From assembly GCA_963721495.1 (NCBI GenBank), contig CAVRMG010000010.1, forward strand, positions 10,196 to 74,195: a stretch of 64,000 bases of DNA, in the 5' to 3' direction. The position numbers were made by a program, and so were the translations under genes. This stretch comes from an uncultured Actinomycetota bacterium (GTDB lineage Bacteria; Actinomycetota; Actinomycetes; Mycobacteriales; Mycobacteriaceae). The notes under the pieces are model-generated. The model searched no databases, was not told the DNA's origin, and saw nothing but the letters and a program-made list of their open reading frames with translations. This document shows positions 1 to 11,305 of this stretch, piece by piece (positions within the stretch are counted from its first letter, which is position 1; every line of letters starts with the position of its first letter).

Positions 1-36
1 GTTACACCACCTGCGGTAAGCGTTCAAAATCGCAGG

Positions 37-1317
37 TCAGGGCACCTCGCCGCCGGCCTCGGGGCCTATCGCCCGAGGCGGTGTCGGCCCGACGGGCGGC
101 CGACCTCGGGTTTCCGGGGCGAACGTCCAGCCCAGTGCCGCAAGAAGCAGGACACCCCCGCTGACAATGAACGCCCAACTGAACGACGTGTGTTCGGCCA
201 CTTGGCCGACCACCAGCGATCCGATGATCGACCCGAGGTCGGCCATCATCTGAAAGGTCGCGACCGCGGTCCCGCCGCGCGCGTTGCTGCCGATGATGTC
301 GGCGACCGCCGCCTGCTGCGGCGAGATGAAGATCCCGGTCGCCGCGCCGGTCACGTACGCCGCCGCCAGGAAGATCGGCAGTGACGACGTGAACCCGACC
401 AGGATCGTCGACACCGCCGACACGGTGAGCCCGAGAATGAGCAGCTTGCGTCGCCCGACGCGGTCGGAGAGATAACCGCTGGGGATGACGACAGACACGT
501 TGCCGATCGCGAACGTGGCCAATGCCAAACCCGCGACACCGGCACCGCGGCCGAGCGCCTCGACGACGAACAGAGGGACCAGTGCGATCCGCAGCCCGAA
601 CGCCGCCCAGCCCGTCGCGAAGTTGGAGAACAGCGCCGCCCGGTATGCGCGGTGACGCAACACTTCACGCACCGACACGGCAGGCTCGGTGCTCTCGTCG
701 GGCGCGGCGACCGTACTGCCCCGCAGGCTGAAGAAGATCACCGCCGCGGCGACGAGCAGTGCGGCGCCGTAGATGACGAACGGCGCCGCCAGCCCGAACC
801 CCGCCGTCACACTGCCGAGCACCGGTCCACCGACCGACCCGACCATGAACCCCGAGGAGAACAGGCCGGCGACGCGGCCGCGCGCGTCCGGCGGTGAGAT
901 ACGGATCATCAGCCCCAGCGAGGAGACCGTGAACATGGCCGAGCCGAGCCCGCCCACGGAACGGAACAGCAGGAGCTGCCAGTACGTCTGCGCGAACGCG
1001 CACGCCGCGGTCGACACCGCGACGATCAGCAGACCGCTGATGTAGACCCGCCGCTCCCCCAGCCTCTGAACCAGTAACCCGGCCGGCGGCGCGGCGACCA
1101 GTCGCATGACGGCGAACGCGGTGATGACGAACGTCGCCGCGCTGATGCTGACGCCGAAGTGACGGGCGTACTGCGGCAGCACCGGGGCGACCACCCCGTA
1201 GCCCAGCGCGACCACGACATTCGCGCCGACCAGCAGCCAGACCTCACGCGGGAGCTTCGGCTTGTCATCCTGGTCGGAACTGTCCGTCGAACAGTCGCCC
1301 TCCGCGTCAGAGCTCAC
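37..1317 (-). CDS. MFS transporter
   Basis: 426-aa ORF with ~12 hydrophobic segments and MFS motif A-like [12 protein letters not shown] and [13 protein letters not shown]; start overlaps the pgm stop. Confidence 0.9.
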   Translation of the reverse strand: MSSDAEGDCSTDSSDQDDKPKLPREVWLLVGANVVVALGYGVVAPVLPQYARHFGVSISAATFVITAFAVMRLVAAPPAGLLVQRLGERRVYISGLLIVAVSTAACAFAQTYWQLLLFRSVGGLGSAMFTVSSLGLMIRISPPDARGRVAGLFSSGFMVGSVGGPVLGSVTAGFGLAAPFVIYGAALLVAAAVIFFSLRGSTVAAPDESTEPAVSVREVLRHRAYRAALFSNFATGWAAFGLRIALVPLFVVEALGRGAGVAGLALATFAIGNVSVVIPSGYLSDRVGRRKLLILGLTVSAVSTILVGFTSSLPIFLAAAYVTGAATGIFISPQQAAVADIIGSNARGGTAVATFQMMADLGSIIGSLVVGQVAEHTSFSWAFIVSGGVLLLAALGWTFAPETRGRPPVGPTPPRAIGPEAGGEVP

Positions 1318-2954
1318 GCAATGACTTTATTCACCACTTCCTTGGCCGCTTCCTGCACCTCGGCAAGATGCTCGGGCCCGCGGAACGACTCGGCGTAGAT
1401 CTTGTACACGTCCTCGGTGCCCGACGGACGCGCCGCGAACCACGCGTTCTCCGTCGTCACCTTCAGGCCTCCCAACGGCGCGCCGTTGCCCGGCGCCGTC
1501 GTCAGCTTGGCGGTGATCGCCTCACCCGCCAGTTCGGTGGCCGTCACCTGGTCGGCCGACAGCTTGGCCAGCCGGGCCTTCTGCTCGCGACCCGCGGGCG
1601 CGTCGATGCGGGCATACGTTGGCGCACCGTACTTTTCGGCGAGCTCGTGATACCGCTGCGAGGGCGTCGAACCCGTCTTCGCCAGGATCTCCGACGCCAA
1701 CAGCGCCAGGATGATGCCGTCCTTGTCGGTGGTCCACACCGATCCGTCGCGCCGCAGGAATGAGGCCCCGGCACTTTCCTCGCCGCCGAAACCGATAGTG
1801 CCGCTGAGCAATCCGTCGACGAACCACTTGAAGCCCACCGGCACCTCGACCAGCTTGCGGCCCAGCCCTGCGACCACCCGGTCGATGATCGACGAACTGA
1901 CCGCGGTCTTGCCGACCGCCGTCGACGCCGGCCAGTCCGGCCGGTTGGTGCACAGGTAGTCGATCGCCACGGCGAGGTAATGGTTCGGGTTGAGTAGGCC
2001 GCCGTCGGGCGTCACGATGCCGTGCCGGTCGGAGTCGGCGTCGTTGCCCGTCGCGATCTGGTAGCTGTCCCGGTTGGCGATCAGCGACGCCATCGCATTG
2101 GGTGAGCTGCAGTCCATCCGGATCTTGCCGTCGGTGTCCAGCGTCATGAACCGGAACGTCGCGTCGACGTACGGATTGACCACCGTCAACTCGAGGTCGA
2201 ACCGTTCCTCGATGGCGCTCCAATAGTCGACGCTGGCCCCGCCCAGCGGATCGGCGCCGATGCGGATCCCCTCGGCGCTGATCGCGTGCACATCAACGAC
2301 ATTTGGGAGGTCATCGATGTACGCATTGAGGTAGTCGTGCCGCTGCGCGAACTCCGCCGCACGGGACAACGGCACACGCTTCACGCCCTTGAGGTTGTCC
2401 CGCAGCAGTTCGTTGGCGCGTTTGGCGATCGCCCCGGTGGCCTCGGTGTCGGCAGGTCCGCCATTGGGCGGGTTGTACTTGAACCCGCCGTCGCGGGGCG
2501 GGTTGTGTGACGGCGTGACGACGATCCCGTCGGCCAGATCGCGGTCGCGACCACGGTTGAACGCCAGGATGGCGTGGCTGACTGCTGGCGTCGGCGTATA
2601 GCCGCCTGCGGAATCGATCATCGCCACCACGTCATTGGCGGCCAGCACCTCCAGCGCCGACTCCCATGCCGGTTCGGACAGCGCATGGGTATCGCGGCCG
2701 ATGAACAGCGGCCCGGTGGTGCCTTGCGCGTGCCGGTACTCGACGATGGCCTGCGTCGTCGCGAAGATGTGCGCCTCGTTGAACGCCGCGTCGAGGCTGG
2801 AGCCACGATGCCCCGACGTGCCGAACGCCACCTGTTGATCGATGTTGTCGGGGTCAGGCTCGACGGTGTAGTACGCCGTCACCACCTGAGCCACATCGAT
2901 GAGGTCTTCGGGCTGCGCCGGCTGACCGGCGCGGGGATTGGCTGCCATGGTCAT
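1314..2954 (-). CDS. pgm: phosphoglucomutase, alpha-D-glucose-1,6-bisphosphate-dependent
   Basis: FGTSGHRG, catalytic TPSHNP, metal loop [20 protein letters not shown]; start may be 2948. Confidence 0.97.
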   Translation of the reverse strand: MTMAANPRAGQPAQPEDLIDVAQVVTAYYTVEPDPDNIDQQVAFGTSGHRGSSLDAAFNEAHIFATTQAIVEYRHAQGTTGPLFIGRDTHALSEPAWESALEVLAANDVVAMIDSAGGYTPTPAVSHAILAFNRGRDRDLADGIVVTPSHNPPRDGGFKYNPPNGGPADTEATGAIAKRANELLRDNLKGVKRVPLSRAAEFAQRHDYLNAYIDDLPNVVDVHAISAEGIRIGADPLGGASVDYWSAIEERFDLELTVVNPYVDATFRFMTLDTDGKIRMDCSSPNAMASLIANRDSYQIATGNDADSDRHGIVTPDGGLLNPNHYLAVAIDYLCTNRPDWPASTAVGKTAVSSSIIDRVVAGLGRKLVEVPVGFKWFVDGLLSGTIGFGGEESAGASFLRRDGSVWTTDKDGIILALLASEILAKTGSTPSQRYHELAEKYGAPTYARIDAPAGREQKARLAKLSADQVTATELAGEAITAKLTTAPGNGAPLGGLKVTTENAWFAARPSGTEDVYKIYAESFRGPEHLAEVQEAAKEVVNKVIA

Positions 2955-3019
2955 CAGTCTGCTCCTCCGTAATTCGTGCCGTACCCCGGTCCGGAAGCTG
3001 GACGGCGTTACTTTGGCTC

Positions 3020-3418
3020 ATGTTCAGTTTCGACGGACGGGAGTTGGCCGCGGTCTTCGTCGGCGGGGCGCTGGGAACGCTGGCACGGGCGGCGTTGGAG
3101 ACGTTAGCCGCGCCCGACCCGGGCCGCTGGCCGTGGCCCACGTTCACGGTCAACATCGTGGGCGCATTCCTGTTGGGCTATTTCGCCACCCGGCTGCTCG
3201 AGCGTTTGCCGGTGTCCAGTTATCGGCGCCCGCTGTTGGGCACTGGTCTGTGCGGCGGCCTCACCACGTTTTCCACCATGCAGGTCGAGACCATCAAGAT
3301 GCTCGAGCACCACCACTACGGCCTGGCGGTCGGCTACACCGTCGGCAGCATCGCCGCGGGACTTCTCGCGGTCTACATCGCCTCCGCCCTGGTGCGGCGC
3401 GTGCGGGTGCGCCGATGA
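3020..3418 (+). CDS. crcB: fluoride efflux channel CrcB/FluC, copy 1
   Basis: [25 protein letters not shown] Fluc signature. Confidence 0.95.
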   Translation: MFSFDGRELAAVFVGGALGTLARAALETLAAPDPGRWPWPTFTVNIVGAFLLGYFATRLLERLPVSSYRRPLLGTGLCGGLTTFSTMQVETIKMLEHHHYGLAVGYTVGSIAAGLLAVYIASALVRRVRVRR

Positions 3419-3780
3419 TCGTCGCGGTCTGGACTGGCGTGGCGCTGATCGGCGGGGTCGGCGCGGTGTTGCGGTTCCTGGTCGATCGCGCCGTGTCCAA
3501 GCGGGTCGCGCGGCCATTTCCGTTCGGCACTCTCATGGTCAATCTCAGCGGGGCCCTATTGCTCGGTTTCCTTGCCGGACTCTTGCTCAGCCCTCACGTC
3601 GCGCTGCTCGCCGGCACCGCGTTCGTCGGTTCCTACACCACCTTCTCGACGTGGATGCTGGAGACTCAGCGCCTCGGCGAGGAGCGCCAGGCCTGGTCGG
3701 CGTTCGCCAACATCGCGGTCAGTGTCACGCTCGGCCTTGCCGCGGCGTGGCTGGGCCATTGGATCGGAGCCGCGCTGTGA
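3415..3780 (+). CDS. crcB: fluoride efflux channel CrcB/FluC, copy 2
   Basis: ATG at 3415 overlaps the upstream TGA; [24 protein letters not shown]; tandem pair typical of heterodimeric Fluc. Confidence 0.93.
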   Translation: MIVAVWTGVALIGGVGAVLRFLVDRAVSKRVARPFPFGTLMVNLSGALLLGFLAGLLLSPHVALLAGTAFVGSYTTFSTWMLETQRLGEERQAWSAFANIAVSVTLGLAAAWLGHWIGAAL

Positions 3781-4832
3781 CCGATTTCCTCAAGCTCACC
3801 GCTTACTTCGGCGAGCGCCTGCGCCACGAGGATCGTTTCCTCTCTGACGCGCTGCTCGATCTTTACGGCGCCAACTCGGTGGCCACCAGCGTCGTGCTGC
3901 GGGGCATCGCCAGCTTCGGCCCGCACCATGTTCTGCGCAGCGACCAATCGCTGAGCATGTCGGAGGACTCGCCGATAGCCGTCGCCGCGGTGGACACCGC
4001 CGACAAGATGGCGGGGCTGGCCGACCAGGTCTCCGCGATGGTGCCCCGCGGCCTCGTGACGCTCGAACGCGCGCACCTCGGCGGGGGGTCGATCCGGCCG
4101 CACTCCGCCGCGAAGCTGACCGTCTACGTCGGCCGCCAGGACCGTGCGGACGGACGGCCCGCATACCGCGCGGCGTGTGAGGTGTTGCATCGACACGGAT
4201 TTGCAGGCGCCTCAGTGTTTCTCGGCGTCGACGGCACGGCGGGCGGGCAGCGCAGAAGAGCCCGCTTCTTCAGCCGCAACATGGACGTGCCAGTGATGGT
4301 CATCGCGGTCGGAACCGGTGGCCAGGTTGCCGACGCCCTCCCCGAACTCGAAACGCTATTGCGGGACCCGATTTTCACGATCGAGCGGGCGCAGCTGTGC
4401 AAACGCGACGGTGAAGTGCTGGCCCGTCCTGCGGCCCTGCCGGCCACCGATGACCGCGGCCGCTCACTGTGGCAGAAGCTCATGGTGTACACCTCCGAGG
4501 CCGCGCTTCACGACGGCACACCGATCCACCGGGCGATCGTTCGCCAGCTCCTTGATTCTGGGGCGGCCGACGGGGCGACGGTGTTGCGCGGCATCTGGGG
4601 ATTCCACGGTGACCACGAACCGCACGGCGACAAGTTGATTCAGCTGGTTCGCAGGGTGCCGGTGACCACGATCGTGGTCGACGCCCCCGAGCGGATTGCA
4701 GCGAGCTTCGACATCATCGACCGGCTCACCAATGAGCATGGGCTGGTGACCAGCGAGCTGGTTCCTGCACTGGTATCGATCGACGGCGGGGAGCGCCGCG
4801 GAAGCACCGAGCTGGCGCGGTACGTCTACTGA
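3777..4832 (+). CDS. DUF190 (PII-like) repeat protein
   Basis: GTG at 3777 overlaps the crcB stop; three repeats of KLxxY...GA(T/S)VLRGIxGF; usual crcB neighbour. Confidence 0.85.
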   Translation: MTDFLKLTAYFGERLRHEDRFLSDALLDLYGANSVATSVVLRGIASFGPHHVLRSDQSLSMSEDSPIAVAAVDTADKMAGLADQVSAMVPRGLVTLERAHLGGGSIRPHSAAKLTVYVGRQDRADGRPAYRAACEVLHRHGFAGASVFLGVDGTAGGQRRRARFFSRNMDVPVMVIAVGTGGQVADALPELETLLRDPIFTIERAQLCKRDGEVLARPAALPATDDRGRSLWQKLMVYTSEAALHDGTPIHRAIVRQLLDSGAADGATVLRGIWGFHGDHEPHGDKLIQLVRRVPVTTIVVDAPERIAASFDIIDRLTNEHGLVTSELVPALVSIDGGERRGSTELARYVY

Positions 4833-4973
4833 CAGGTCGAGGTAAGCCAGGTTTACCTTAAGGAGAACGCCGGCATCCAGTGATCGGCGAGCGCGCCCGC
4901 GCAGTGGCACCCCGATCCACGACACGCGGGTCGCCGATGTTTCGCGCCCATTCCTCCCGGGGAGTCTCTCGGC

Positions 4974-6392
4974 ATGAAGGAAGTGCTCGAACGAGAGACA
5001 AAATGGGAGGTCGACGAGAACTTCGCGCTCCCCCGCCTCGATGACGTCATCGCGGGCGCCAGCGTGGAACGCAGCACCGTCGAGCTCAACAGCGCGTACT
5101 ACGACACCGCCGACGGCGACCTGCAGGCGCACGGTGTGCTGCTGCGGCGGCGCGACGGCGACGACGACACCGGCTGGCAGCTGAAGGTGCCGGACACCGA
5201 AGGGCGGGTTGAGATCCGCGCATCGCTGACCGATTCGCCGCCGGCCGAACTGACCGATCTGCTGACCGGGCTGCGGCTGGGTAAACCGTTGGTCAACGTG
5301 GCCACGATCCGCACGGTGCGCGAGCGCTACCGGATCACCGAAGCCAAACAACGCGAGCTGTTCGCCGAACTCGCCGACGACCACGTCCGCGCGTCGGTCG
5401 ACCACCGCCTACTGGCGTGGCGTGAGATCGAGGTTGAACTCGGGCCGATGGCGAAGGCACTCCCGCCGGGAATCGCGAAACTCCTGAAGAAGGCGGGCGC
5501 AACACCTTCGCGGTATCCATCCAAACTCGCACGGGTGTCCCATGCAGCCCGGCCCGAACAGCGCACCGCCAGTGCCGCGGAACTCGCGTTTTCCAGCTAC
5601 GTGTCGGAACAGATCGATGACATCTTCGACGGCGATCTCGGACTTCGCCGAGGCATCGACCCGATCCACGACACGCGGGTCGCGATCAGGCGGCTGCGCA
5701 GCACACTGCGGGTGTTCGGCAAGCTGCTCGACGGCGCGGCGATCGCAGGTGTCGACGACGAACTCAAGTGTTTCGCCGGCCTGCTCGGCGAGGTGCGGGA
5801 CTGCCAGGTGCAACGCAGTCGCTTCCGTGACGCGCTCGCGCAGTACCCCGATGCCCTGGTGCTCGGCCCGGTGGCCAACAGGATCAACACCGACCTGCAT
5901 TCCGAGCAGTTGAAGGCGCGACAGAAAGTCACGGAGGCAATGGCGTCGCAGCGGTATCTCGATCTGCTGGCGCTGCTGCAACAGTGGCGCACCAACCCGC
6001 CGACCGCCCATTCGCCGAATGCGGGCAAGCTGACGAAGCGCGCACGACGTGCCCAGCGAAAGGCCGACCGCAGGCTGACCGAAGCCGTCAAGTCGGGTGA
6101 GGACGCGATGCTGCACCGCGCGCGAAAAGCCTCCAAGCGGGCCCGCTACGCGGCAGAACTACGCGCGCCCCTCGACAAGAGTGCGAAGAAAACGGTGAAG
6201 CACTACAAGAAGATTCAGCGCGTGCTCGGCGATCACCAGGACGGAGTTGTCGCCACCGGAACCCTGCGGCGGCTTGCCCTCATCGCGGGCACGACGCCCG
6301 GCGAGAACGGCTTCACCTACGGCCTTCTGTTTGCGCGCGAGCAACAGGCCGCCGACAAGGCACGTCGCGACGCCCGAAAACTTCTCGGCTAA
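4974..6392 (+). CDS. CYTH and CHAD domain protein
   Basis: N-terminal ERETKW, YYDTADGDL, WQLK, EIEVE (CYTH); HDTRVAIRRLRS, LHRARKASKRARY, LGDHQD (CHAD). Confidence 0.92.
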   Translation: MKEVLERETKWEVDENFALPRLDDVIAGASVERSTVELNSAYYDTADGDLQAHGVLLRRRDGDDDTGWQLKVPDTEGRVEIRASLTDSPPAELTDLLTGLRLGKPLVNVATIRTVRERYRITEAKQRELFAELADDHVRASVDHRLLAWREIEVELGPMAKALPPGIAKLLKKAGATPSRYPSKLARVSHAARPEQRTASAAELAFSSYVSEQIDDIFDGDLGLRRGIDPIHDTRVAIRRLRSTLRVFGKLLDGAAIAGVDDELKCFAGLLGEVRDCQVQRSRFRDALAQYPDALVLGPVANRINTDLHSEQLKARQKVTEAMASQRYLDLLALLQQWRTNPPTAHSPNAGKLTKRARRAQRKADRRLTEAVKSGEDAMLHRARKASKRARYAAELRAPLDKSAKKTVKHYKKIQRVLGDHQDGVVATGTLRRLALIAGTTPGENGFTYGLLFAREQQAADKARRDARKLLG

Positions 6393-7261
6393 CGCCGCGC
6401 CGCAAGCCAACGCTCGGCCACCGCCGACACCCACTCAGCGGCGACGCGCGCGTCCTCTGGTGGAGCGTCGACGATGACGAGTTCGTCGACGCCGAGGTCC
6501 GCGAGAGGTGGGACATCGCGAGTCTGCAGGTCGCGCAGCGCCACCGTCACCCGCACGTCGCGTCGGTCGCGGCCAAGCTCCGCGCACATACCGCGAAGGA
6601 ATGCGATGCGTTCGGCCACTTGGCGCACCCCGTCGAGATTGAACCCGTACCAGCCGTCAGCCCACGCCGCCGCCCGACGCAGGGCGGCATCGCTGTTGCC
6701 ACCGCAGACGACTGGGATGCTCTTGCCGTTGAACGGTTTCGGATTCACACGCACCGAATCGAAGCTGACGAATTCACCGTCGAACGAGGCGATTTCGTCG
6801 CGCCACAGCGTCCGCATGGCGGCGACATACTCTGCCGTGCGCGCGCCGCGTCGCTCGAACGGGACACCCAGCGCGTCGAACTCCTCGCGCGACCACCCGA
6901 TGCCGACACCCAGAGTGAACCGACCCCCACTCAACGAGTCGAGCGTCGCGGCCTGTTTCGCCACCACCACCGGATTGTGTTCGGGCAGCAACAACACTCC
7001 CGTCGCCAGTCCTATCGACGAGGTCGCAGCGGCGGCGAAGCTCAGTCCGATCAGCGGGTCGATCCAGTCCGCAGTGGACGGGACCGCGATCTGGCCGTCG
7101 TCGGAATATGGGTAGCGGGACGCCGAACGGTCCACCATCACGACGTGCTCGCCCGACCAGAGCGTGGCGAAACCTGCGCGTTCGGCAGCGAGTGCCACCG
7201 TGTCGATGACTGCGCGGGTCGCACCCGCACCGATGCCAAGGGCGTGCAGTCCCAGCCGCAT
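6389..7261 (-). CDS. LLM-class F420-dependent oxidoreductase
   Basis: AERAGFATLWSGEH, DPLIGL, LDSLSGGRFTLGVGIGW. Confidence 0.9.
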   Translation of the reverse strand: MRLGLHALGIGAGATRAVIDTVALAAERAGFATLWSGEHVVMVDRSASRYPYSDDGQIAVPSTADWIDPLIGLSFAAAATSSIGLATGVLLLPEHNPVVVAKQAATLDSLSGGRFTLGVGIGWSREEFDALGVPFERRGARTAEYVAAMRTLWRDEIASFDGEFVSFDSVRVNPKPFNGKSIPVVCGGNSDAALRRAAAWADGWYGFNLDGVRQVAERIAFLRGMCAELGRDRRDVRVTVALRDLQTRDVPPLADLGVDELVIVDAPPEDARVAAEWVSAVAERWLAARR

Positions 7262-7273
7262 CGGGCGATCGTC

Positions 7274-7570
7274 TCACGTCGCGAGCAGCGATACACCCGC
7301 GATCAGCAGCGCGATGACCTTGACAATCTCCAGCCCGACGTACGCCCAATGGGCCCGTGCCCGTGGCCGGCGGCTTGAGAGCGAAGGACCCGACGACCAC
7401 CGCAGCCAGCGCGAACTCGCACACGTTGAGCACACGAAAGACCAAGCGGCCGACGCCAAGTCCGATCTGCAGCGTCAAGCCGGGGGCGCGGAATTCAGCG
7501 GGGTGTCGATAAACGAGATCGCGACCACCATGCCCAGCCAGACGAATGCCGCGGCGGCTGCGACCGCTCA
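7274..7570 (-). pseudogene. decayed small membrane protein gene (paralog of 17020-17178)
   Basis: Fragments AVAAAAAFVWLGMVVAISFIDTP / TLQIGLGVGRLVFRVLN / AHWAYVGLEIVKVIALL in different frames, in-frame TGA upstream, no start codon. Confidence 0.7.
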
Positions 7571-7592
7571 GGCTGCCTGCGCAGCCAGCAGC

Positions 7593-7952
7593 CTATGCCA
7601 GCAGCCGGGCGAGGACAGCGACGTGGCTGCCGTCGAGGTCCCGGGCGGCAGTGACGAGCGTGACCGGGCCGCCGCGCAGCAATTCCTTTAGCTCGTCCAT
7701 CGCCGCGGCCCCCTCCGCCGTCTCGAGTTCTTGTGCGTACCGGGCGGCGAACTCGTCGAACCGTGCGGCCTCGTGCGAATACCACTTGCGCAGCTCGGTG
7801 GACGGCGCGACCTTCGGAATCCAACGACCCGCCCGCGGATCCCCCTTGCGGAAACCCCGCGGCCACAGCCGGTCGACGAGCACGCGCTCACCGTCGTCAG
7901 GACCCAGATCCTCGTAGACCCGCGCAACCCTGATGCGGGAACTGCCACTCAT
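7593..7952 (-). CDS. DUF488 family protein
   Basis: IRVARVYE, RVLVDRLWPRG, VAPSTELRKWY, FAARYAQEL. Confidence 0.9.
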   Translation of the reverse strand: MSGSSRIRVARVYEDLGPDDGERVLVDRLWPRGFRKGDPRAGRWIPKVAPSTELRKWYSHEAARFDEFAARYAQELETAEGAAAMDELKELLRGGPVTLVTAARDLDGSHVAVLARLLA

Positions 7953-7971
7953 GCGGTGGAATCGTAGAACC

Positions 7972-8060
7972 ATGCATGAAGATCGGGTCGCAGAACTTCA
8001 ACGCTGGCAGGACTCCGGCGCGGTTTGGGCGGTGATCTCCTGGAAGGGCGGCCGCGTGAC
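7972..8060 (+). pseudogene. truncated copy of the small protein at 17214-17408
   Basis: MHEDRVAELQRWQDSGAVWAVIS matches MNIDRVAEIQRWQDSGAVWEVVS, after which homology is lost. Confidence 0.7.
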
Positions 8061-8149
8061 ATCGTGCACGGTCCCCGCCGTCGGTCATCCGAAAATTCGA
8101 GCTGTCCGAGACCGAGATCGAAGTGGGAAGATTCGCGAACCCGGCCGGC

Positions 8150-8338
8150 AGCGGATGCCCATGCAGTCCGCCAGGGCGGTTGCCGAGCTCATGCAACCGA
8201 TCCCGCGCTGGTGCGTCTCGGGCCGGCCCCGGCCGACGTGGCTGATCACCCCATCCAAACGATGCCACGCTCCGCGCACTCTTTCACCACCGCGTCGAGC
8301 AGCTCCTGGCGCCGTTCGAGGTCAGGCGGACGGGCCAT
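8150..8338 (-). pseudogene. TetR regulator remnant (paralog of 17417-17956)
   Basis: MARPPDLERRQELLDAVV identical to the intact copy, then deletion and stop; left boundary approximate. Confidence 0.75.
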
Positions 8339-8705
8339 TGACGGCCCGCTGCTCGCTTCGGGACTTGAGGCCCGCCGCCTCCAAGTCCAGGTAGCGCCTC
8401 GTCATCCCGCGCATGACCAAACCCACCAATGCGCCGATGGGCCCGCGTTGATCGAGCTGCTGTCGAACCCGCGTCCGCCGGTCGGATTCCGGGATGACTT
8501 CATGGCGGGCAACCGTCAAACCACCGGGCGACCCCAGACCAGTTTCGGCATGCGCGGCTGATTGATCTCGAAGCGCTTGCCGACCGCGAGCCCGGGCCCG
8601 TCGAGGGCGACGAGCCGGGTAACCGAGGCGGTCCATTCGGGCCAGCGCTCGACGTCGCTGAATACGTCCTACACGACAGCGACAGGTGCGTCGATCTCAA
8701 CGCCA
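8322..8705 (-). pseudogene. SRPBCC/polyketide cyclase remnant (paralog of 17940-18386)
   Basis: C-terminus RTRVRQQLDQRGPIGALVGLVMRGMTRRYLDLEAAGLKSRSEQ matches the intact copy; internal deletion, frameshifts and missing 5' end. Confidence 0.75.
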
Positions 8706-8729
8706 CGGTCCTGCCGAACAGGCGGAATT

Positions 8730-9515
8730 TCAGAACCAGCCGTCGGGTGCGTGTCCGGACAATGCCTGAGTCAACTGCCGCGCCGCCGCACGAACGGCCT
8801 CGACCAAGGTGGGCAGTGCGGTGTTCGGCCGGTCCTCGCGGCGGGTCGTGCTGAACGCTGCAACCGGACGCCCCGCATAGTCAAAGGCGCACGCGGCGAC
8901 CGACTGCAGCCCCTCGGTAATCATCCCCGCCTCCTCCGCCCACCCCTGCGCGCGTTCGGTCTGCAGGATTCGCCGTAGCTCCGCAAGGGAATTGGGTCCG
9001 CGTTGGGTGCGATGGATGAACGTGGCCGACGACGGGAACAATGCCCTGACCTGAGCGGCGGACAGGTGCGCGAGGATCGATCGGCCGTTAGCCGTCAGGT
9101 GCGCAGGCAACCGCACGCCCACGTCGGTGACCAGGGTGACGGGCACACCGGAGGTCTGCGGTTGCTCCTTGAGCAAGTAGACACTCTCGGCGCCGTAAAG
9201 GATTCCGAGATGCGCTGTCTCGCCGACGGCCGCGACCAACCGTTTCAGGATGGGTCTGGCGATGTGCTCGAGCGGCTCGTGGCGCAGATACGCCGCGCCG
9301 ACCTCGAATGCCGAGAACCCCAGTGCGTACGCACGCTGATCGGGTAGGTGCACGACGAAGCCGCGCTCGATCAGCACATCGAGCAAGTGATAGGCCGACG
9401 ATCGCGGCATTCCGATGTCTCGGATCAACGCCGAGCCCTGTACCGGCCCCGGCCGGGAGGCGAGGTGCAGGAGCACATCGAGCGCCCGACCCACTGCTGG
9501 TGACGTGCTGGACAC
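8730..9515 (-). CDS. IclR-family transcriptional regulator, probable HutR
   Basis: [14 protein letters not shown]...[29 protein letters not shown]; divergent from hutU; GTG start 9515 inferred. Confidence 0.92.
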   Translation of the reverse strand: MSSTSPAVGRALDVLLHLASRPGPVQGSALIRDIGMPRSSAYHLLDVLIERGFVVHLPDQRAYALGFSAFEVGAAYLRHEPLEHIARPILKRLVAAVGETAHLGILYGAESVYLLKEQPQTSGVPVTLVTDVGVRLPAHLTANGRSILAHLSAAQVRALFPSSATFIHRTQRGPNSLAELRRILQTERAQGWAEEAGMITEGLQSVAACAFDYAGRPVAAFSTTRREDRPNTALPTLVEAVRAAARQLTQALSGHAPDGWF

Positions 9516-9531
9516 CGCGTACCTCCCGTGC

Positions 9532-9547
9532 GTCTCGGATACGAGAC
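9532..9547. promoter_or_regulatory. probable IclR/HutR operator
   Basis: Perfect palindrome GTCTCG-GATA-CGAGAC between the regulator and hutU; similar in form to the TCTG-wwATw-CCAGA HutR box I recall from corynebacteria. Confidence 0.7.
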
Positions 9548-9634
9548 AGTATCCCTGCATTCTCCCTACCGCAACGGGCGCCAGTGCGGTGTCCTGGTAT
9601 CAACACCGAGTTTGACCAGGGGAAAGAGAGCATA

Positions 9635-11305
9635 GTGTCTTCCACGACGTCCACCGCGCGCCTCGTCCGGGCCCCCCGCGGCACCGAGTTGTCCTGCAAG
9701 GGCTGGCAGCAGGAGGCCGCACTGCGGATGCTGATGAACAACCTCGACCCCGAGGTCGCCGAGCATCCCGAAGACCTGGTGGTCTACGGCGGCACCGGCC
9801 GCGCCGCCCGCAGCTGGGAGGCGTTCGACGCGATCGTGCGGACGCTCCGCGGACTCGAGAACGACGAGACCATGCTGGTGCAGTCCGGCAAGCCGGTCGG
9901 CGTGTTCCGCACCAACGAATGGGCGCCACGCGTACTTATCGCGAACTCGAATCTCGTTGGCGACTGGGCGAATTGGGAGCAGTTCCGCAAGCTCGAGGCC
10001 GAGGGCCTGATGATGTACGGGCAGATGACCGCAGGCTCGTGGATCTACATCGGCACGCAAGGCATCCTGCAGGGCACGTATGAGACCTTCGGCGCGATCG
10101 CGAAGAAGAAGTTCGGCGGCACCCTGGCAGGCACTATCACCCTGACGGCCGGGCTGGGCGGCATGGGCGGCGCCCAGCCGCTGGCCGTGACGATGAACGA
10201 CGGGGTGGCGATCTGCATCGATTGCGATGAGACCCGGATCGACCGGCGCATCGAGCACCGCTATCTCGACATCAAGGCCGCCGATATCGACGACGCGCTA
10301 CGGCTGGCGGTGGAGGCCCGCGACGCCAAGCGGCCGTTGTCGATCGGGTTGCTTGGCAACGCCGCCGAGGTGCTTCCCGAGCTGTTGCGCCGCGAGGCCC
10401 CGATCGACATCGTCACCGACCAGACTTCGGCACACGATCCGCTGTCGTATCTGCCGGTCGGCATCGAGTTCGACGATATGAAGAAGATGGCCGACAAGGA
10501 TCCCGTCTACTTCACCGAGCAGGCCCAGCAGTCGATGGCCAAGCACGTCGCGGCGATGGTCGGATTCAAGGACCGCGGCGCCGAGGTGTTCGACTACGGC
10601 AACTCCATCCGCGACGAGGCGCGAAAGGCCGGATACGACAGGGCCTTCGATTTTCCCGGCTTCGTCCCCGCCTACATCAGACCGCAGTTCGAGGAGGGCC
10701 TCGGCCCGTTCCGGTGGGCGGCGCTGTCGGGTGATCCGAAGGACATCGCCGCGACCGACCGGGCGATCCTCGAGCTCTTCCCGAACAACAAGCACCTCAC
10801 CCGGTGGATCGAGATGGCCGGCGAGAGGGTCGAGTTCCAGGGGCTGCCCGCGCGCATCTGCTGGCTCGGCTACGGGGAGCGTCATCTCGCGGGACTGAAG
10901 TTCAATGAGATGGTGGCATCCGGCGAACTGTCCGCTCCGATCGTGATCGGCCGCGACCACCTCGACTCGGGCTCGGTGGCCTCGCCCTACCGGGAGACCG
11001 AGGCGATGCTCGACGGGTCCGACGCGATCGCCGACTGGCCGCTGCTCAATGCGTTGGTCAACACCGCGTCGGGCGCGACGTGGGTGTCGATTCACCACGG
11101 CGGCGGGGTCGGCATGGGCCGCTCCATTCACGCCGGCCAGGTGACCGTCGCCGACGGCACCGACCTGGCCGCGCAGAAGCTCGCGCGGGTGCTGACCAAC
11201 GATCCCGGCATGGGCGTCATCCGACACGTCGACGCCGGCTACGAACACGCAACCGAGATCGCCGACCAACGCGGCGTACGAATTCCGATGCGGGAGAACG
11301 CGTGA
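9635..11305 (+). CDS. hutU: urocanate hydratase
   Basis: [52 protein letters not shown]; GTG start 9635. Confidence 0.98.
   Translation: MSSTTSTARLVRAPRGTELSCKGWQQEAALRMLMNNLDPEVAEHPEDLVVYGGTGRAARSWEAFDAIVRTLRGLENDETMLVQSGKPVGVFRTNEWAPRVLIANSNLVGDWANWEQFRKLEAEGLMMYGQMTAGSWIYIGTQGILQGTYETFGAIAKKKFGGTLAGTITLTAGLGGMGGAQPLAVTMNDGVAICIDCDETRIDRRIEHRYLDIKAADIDDALRLAVEARDAKRPLSIGLLGNAAEVLPELLRREAPIDIVTDQTSAHDPLSYLPVGIEFDDMKKMADKDPVYFTEQAQQSMAKHVAAMVGFKDRGAEVFDYGNSIRDEARKAGYDRAFDFPGFVPAYIRPQFEEGLGPFRWAALSGDPKDIAATDRAILELFPNNKHLTRWIEMAGERVEFQGLPARICWLGYGERHLAGLKFNEMVASGELSAPIVIGRDHLDSGSVASPYRETEAMLDGSDAIADWPLLNALVNTASGATWVSIHHGGGVGMGRSIHAGQVTVADGTDLAAQKLARVLTNDPGMGVIRHVDAGYEHATEIADQRGVRIPMRENA

Noticed and set aside
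2955-3019. Fluoride riboswitch upstream of crcB
   Set aside because: The short intergenic region shows no GGCGATGG..TTCGCC-type consensus
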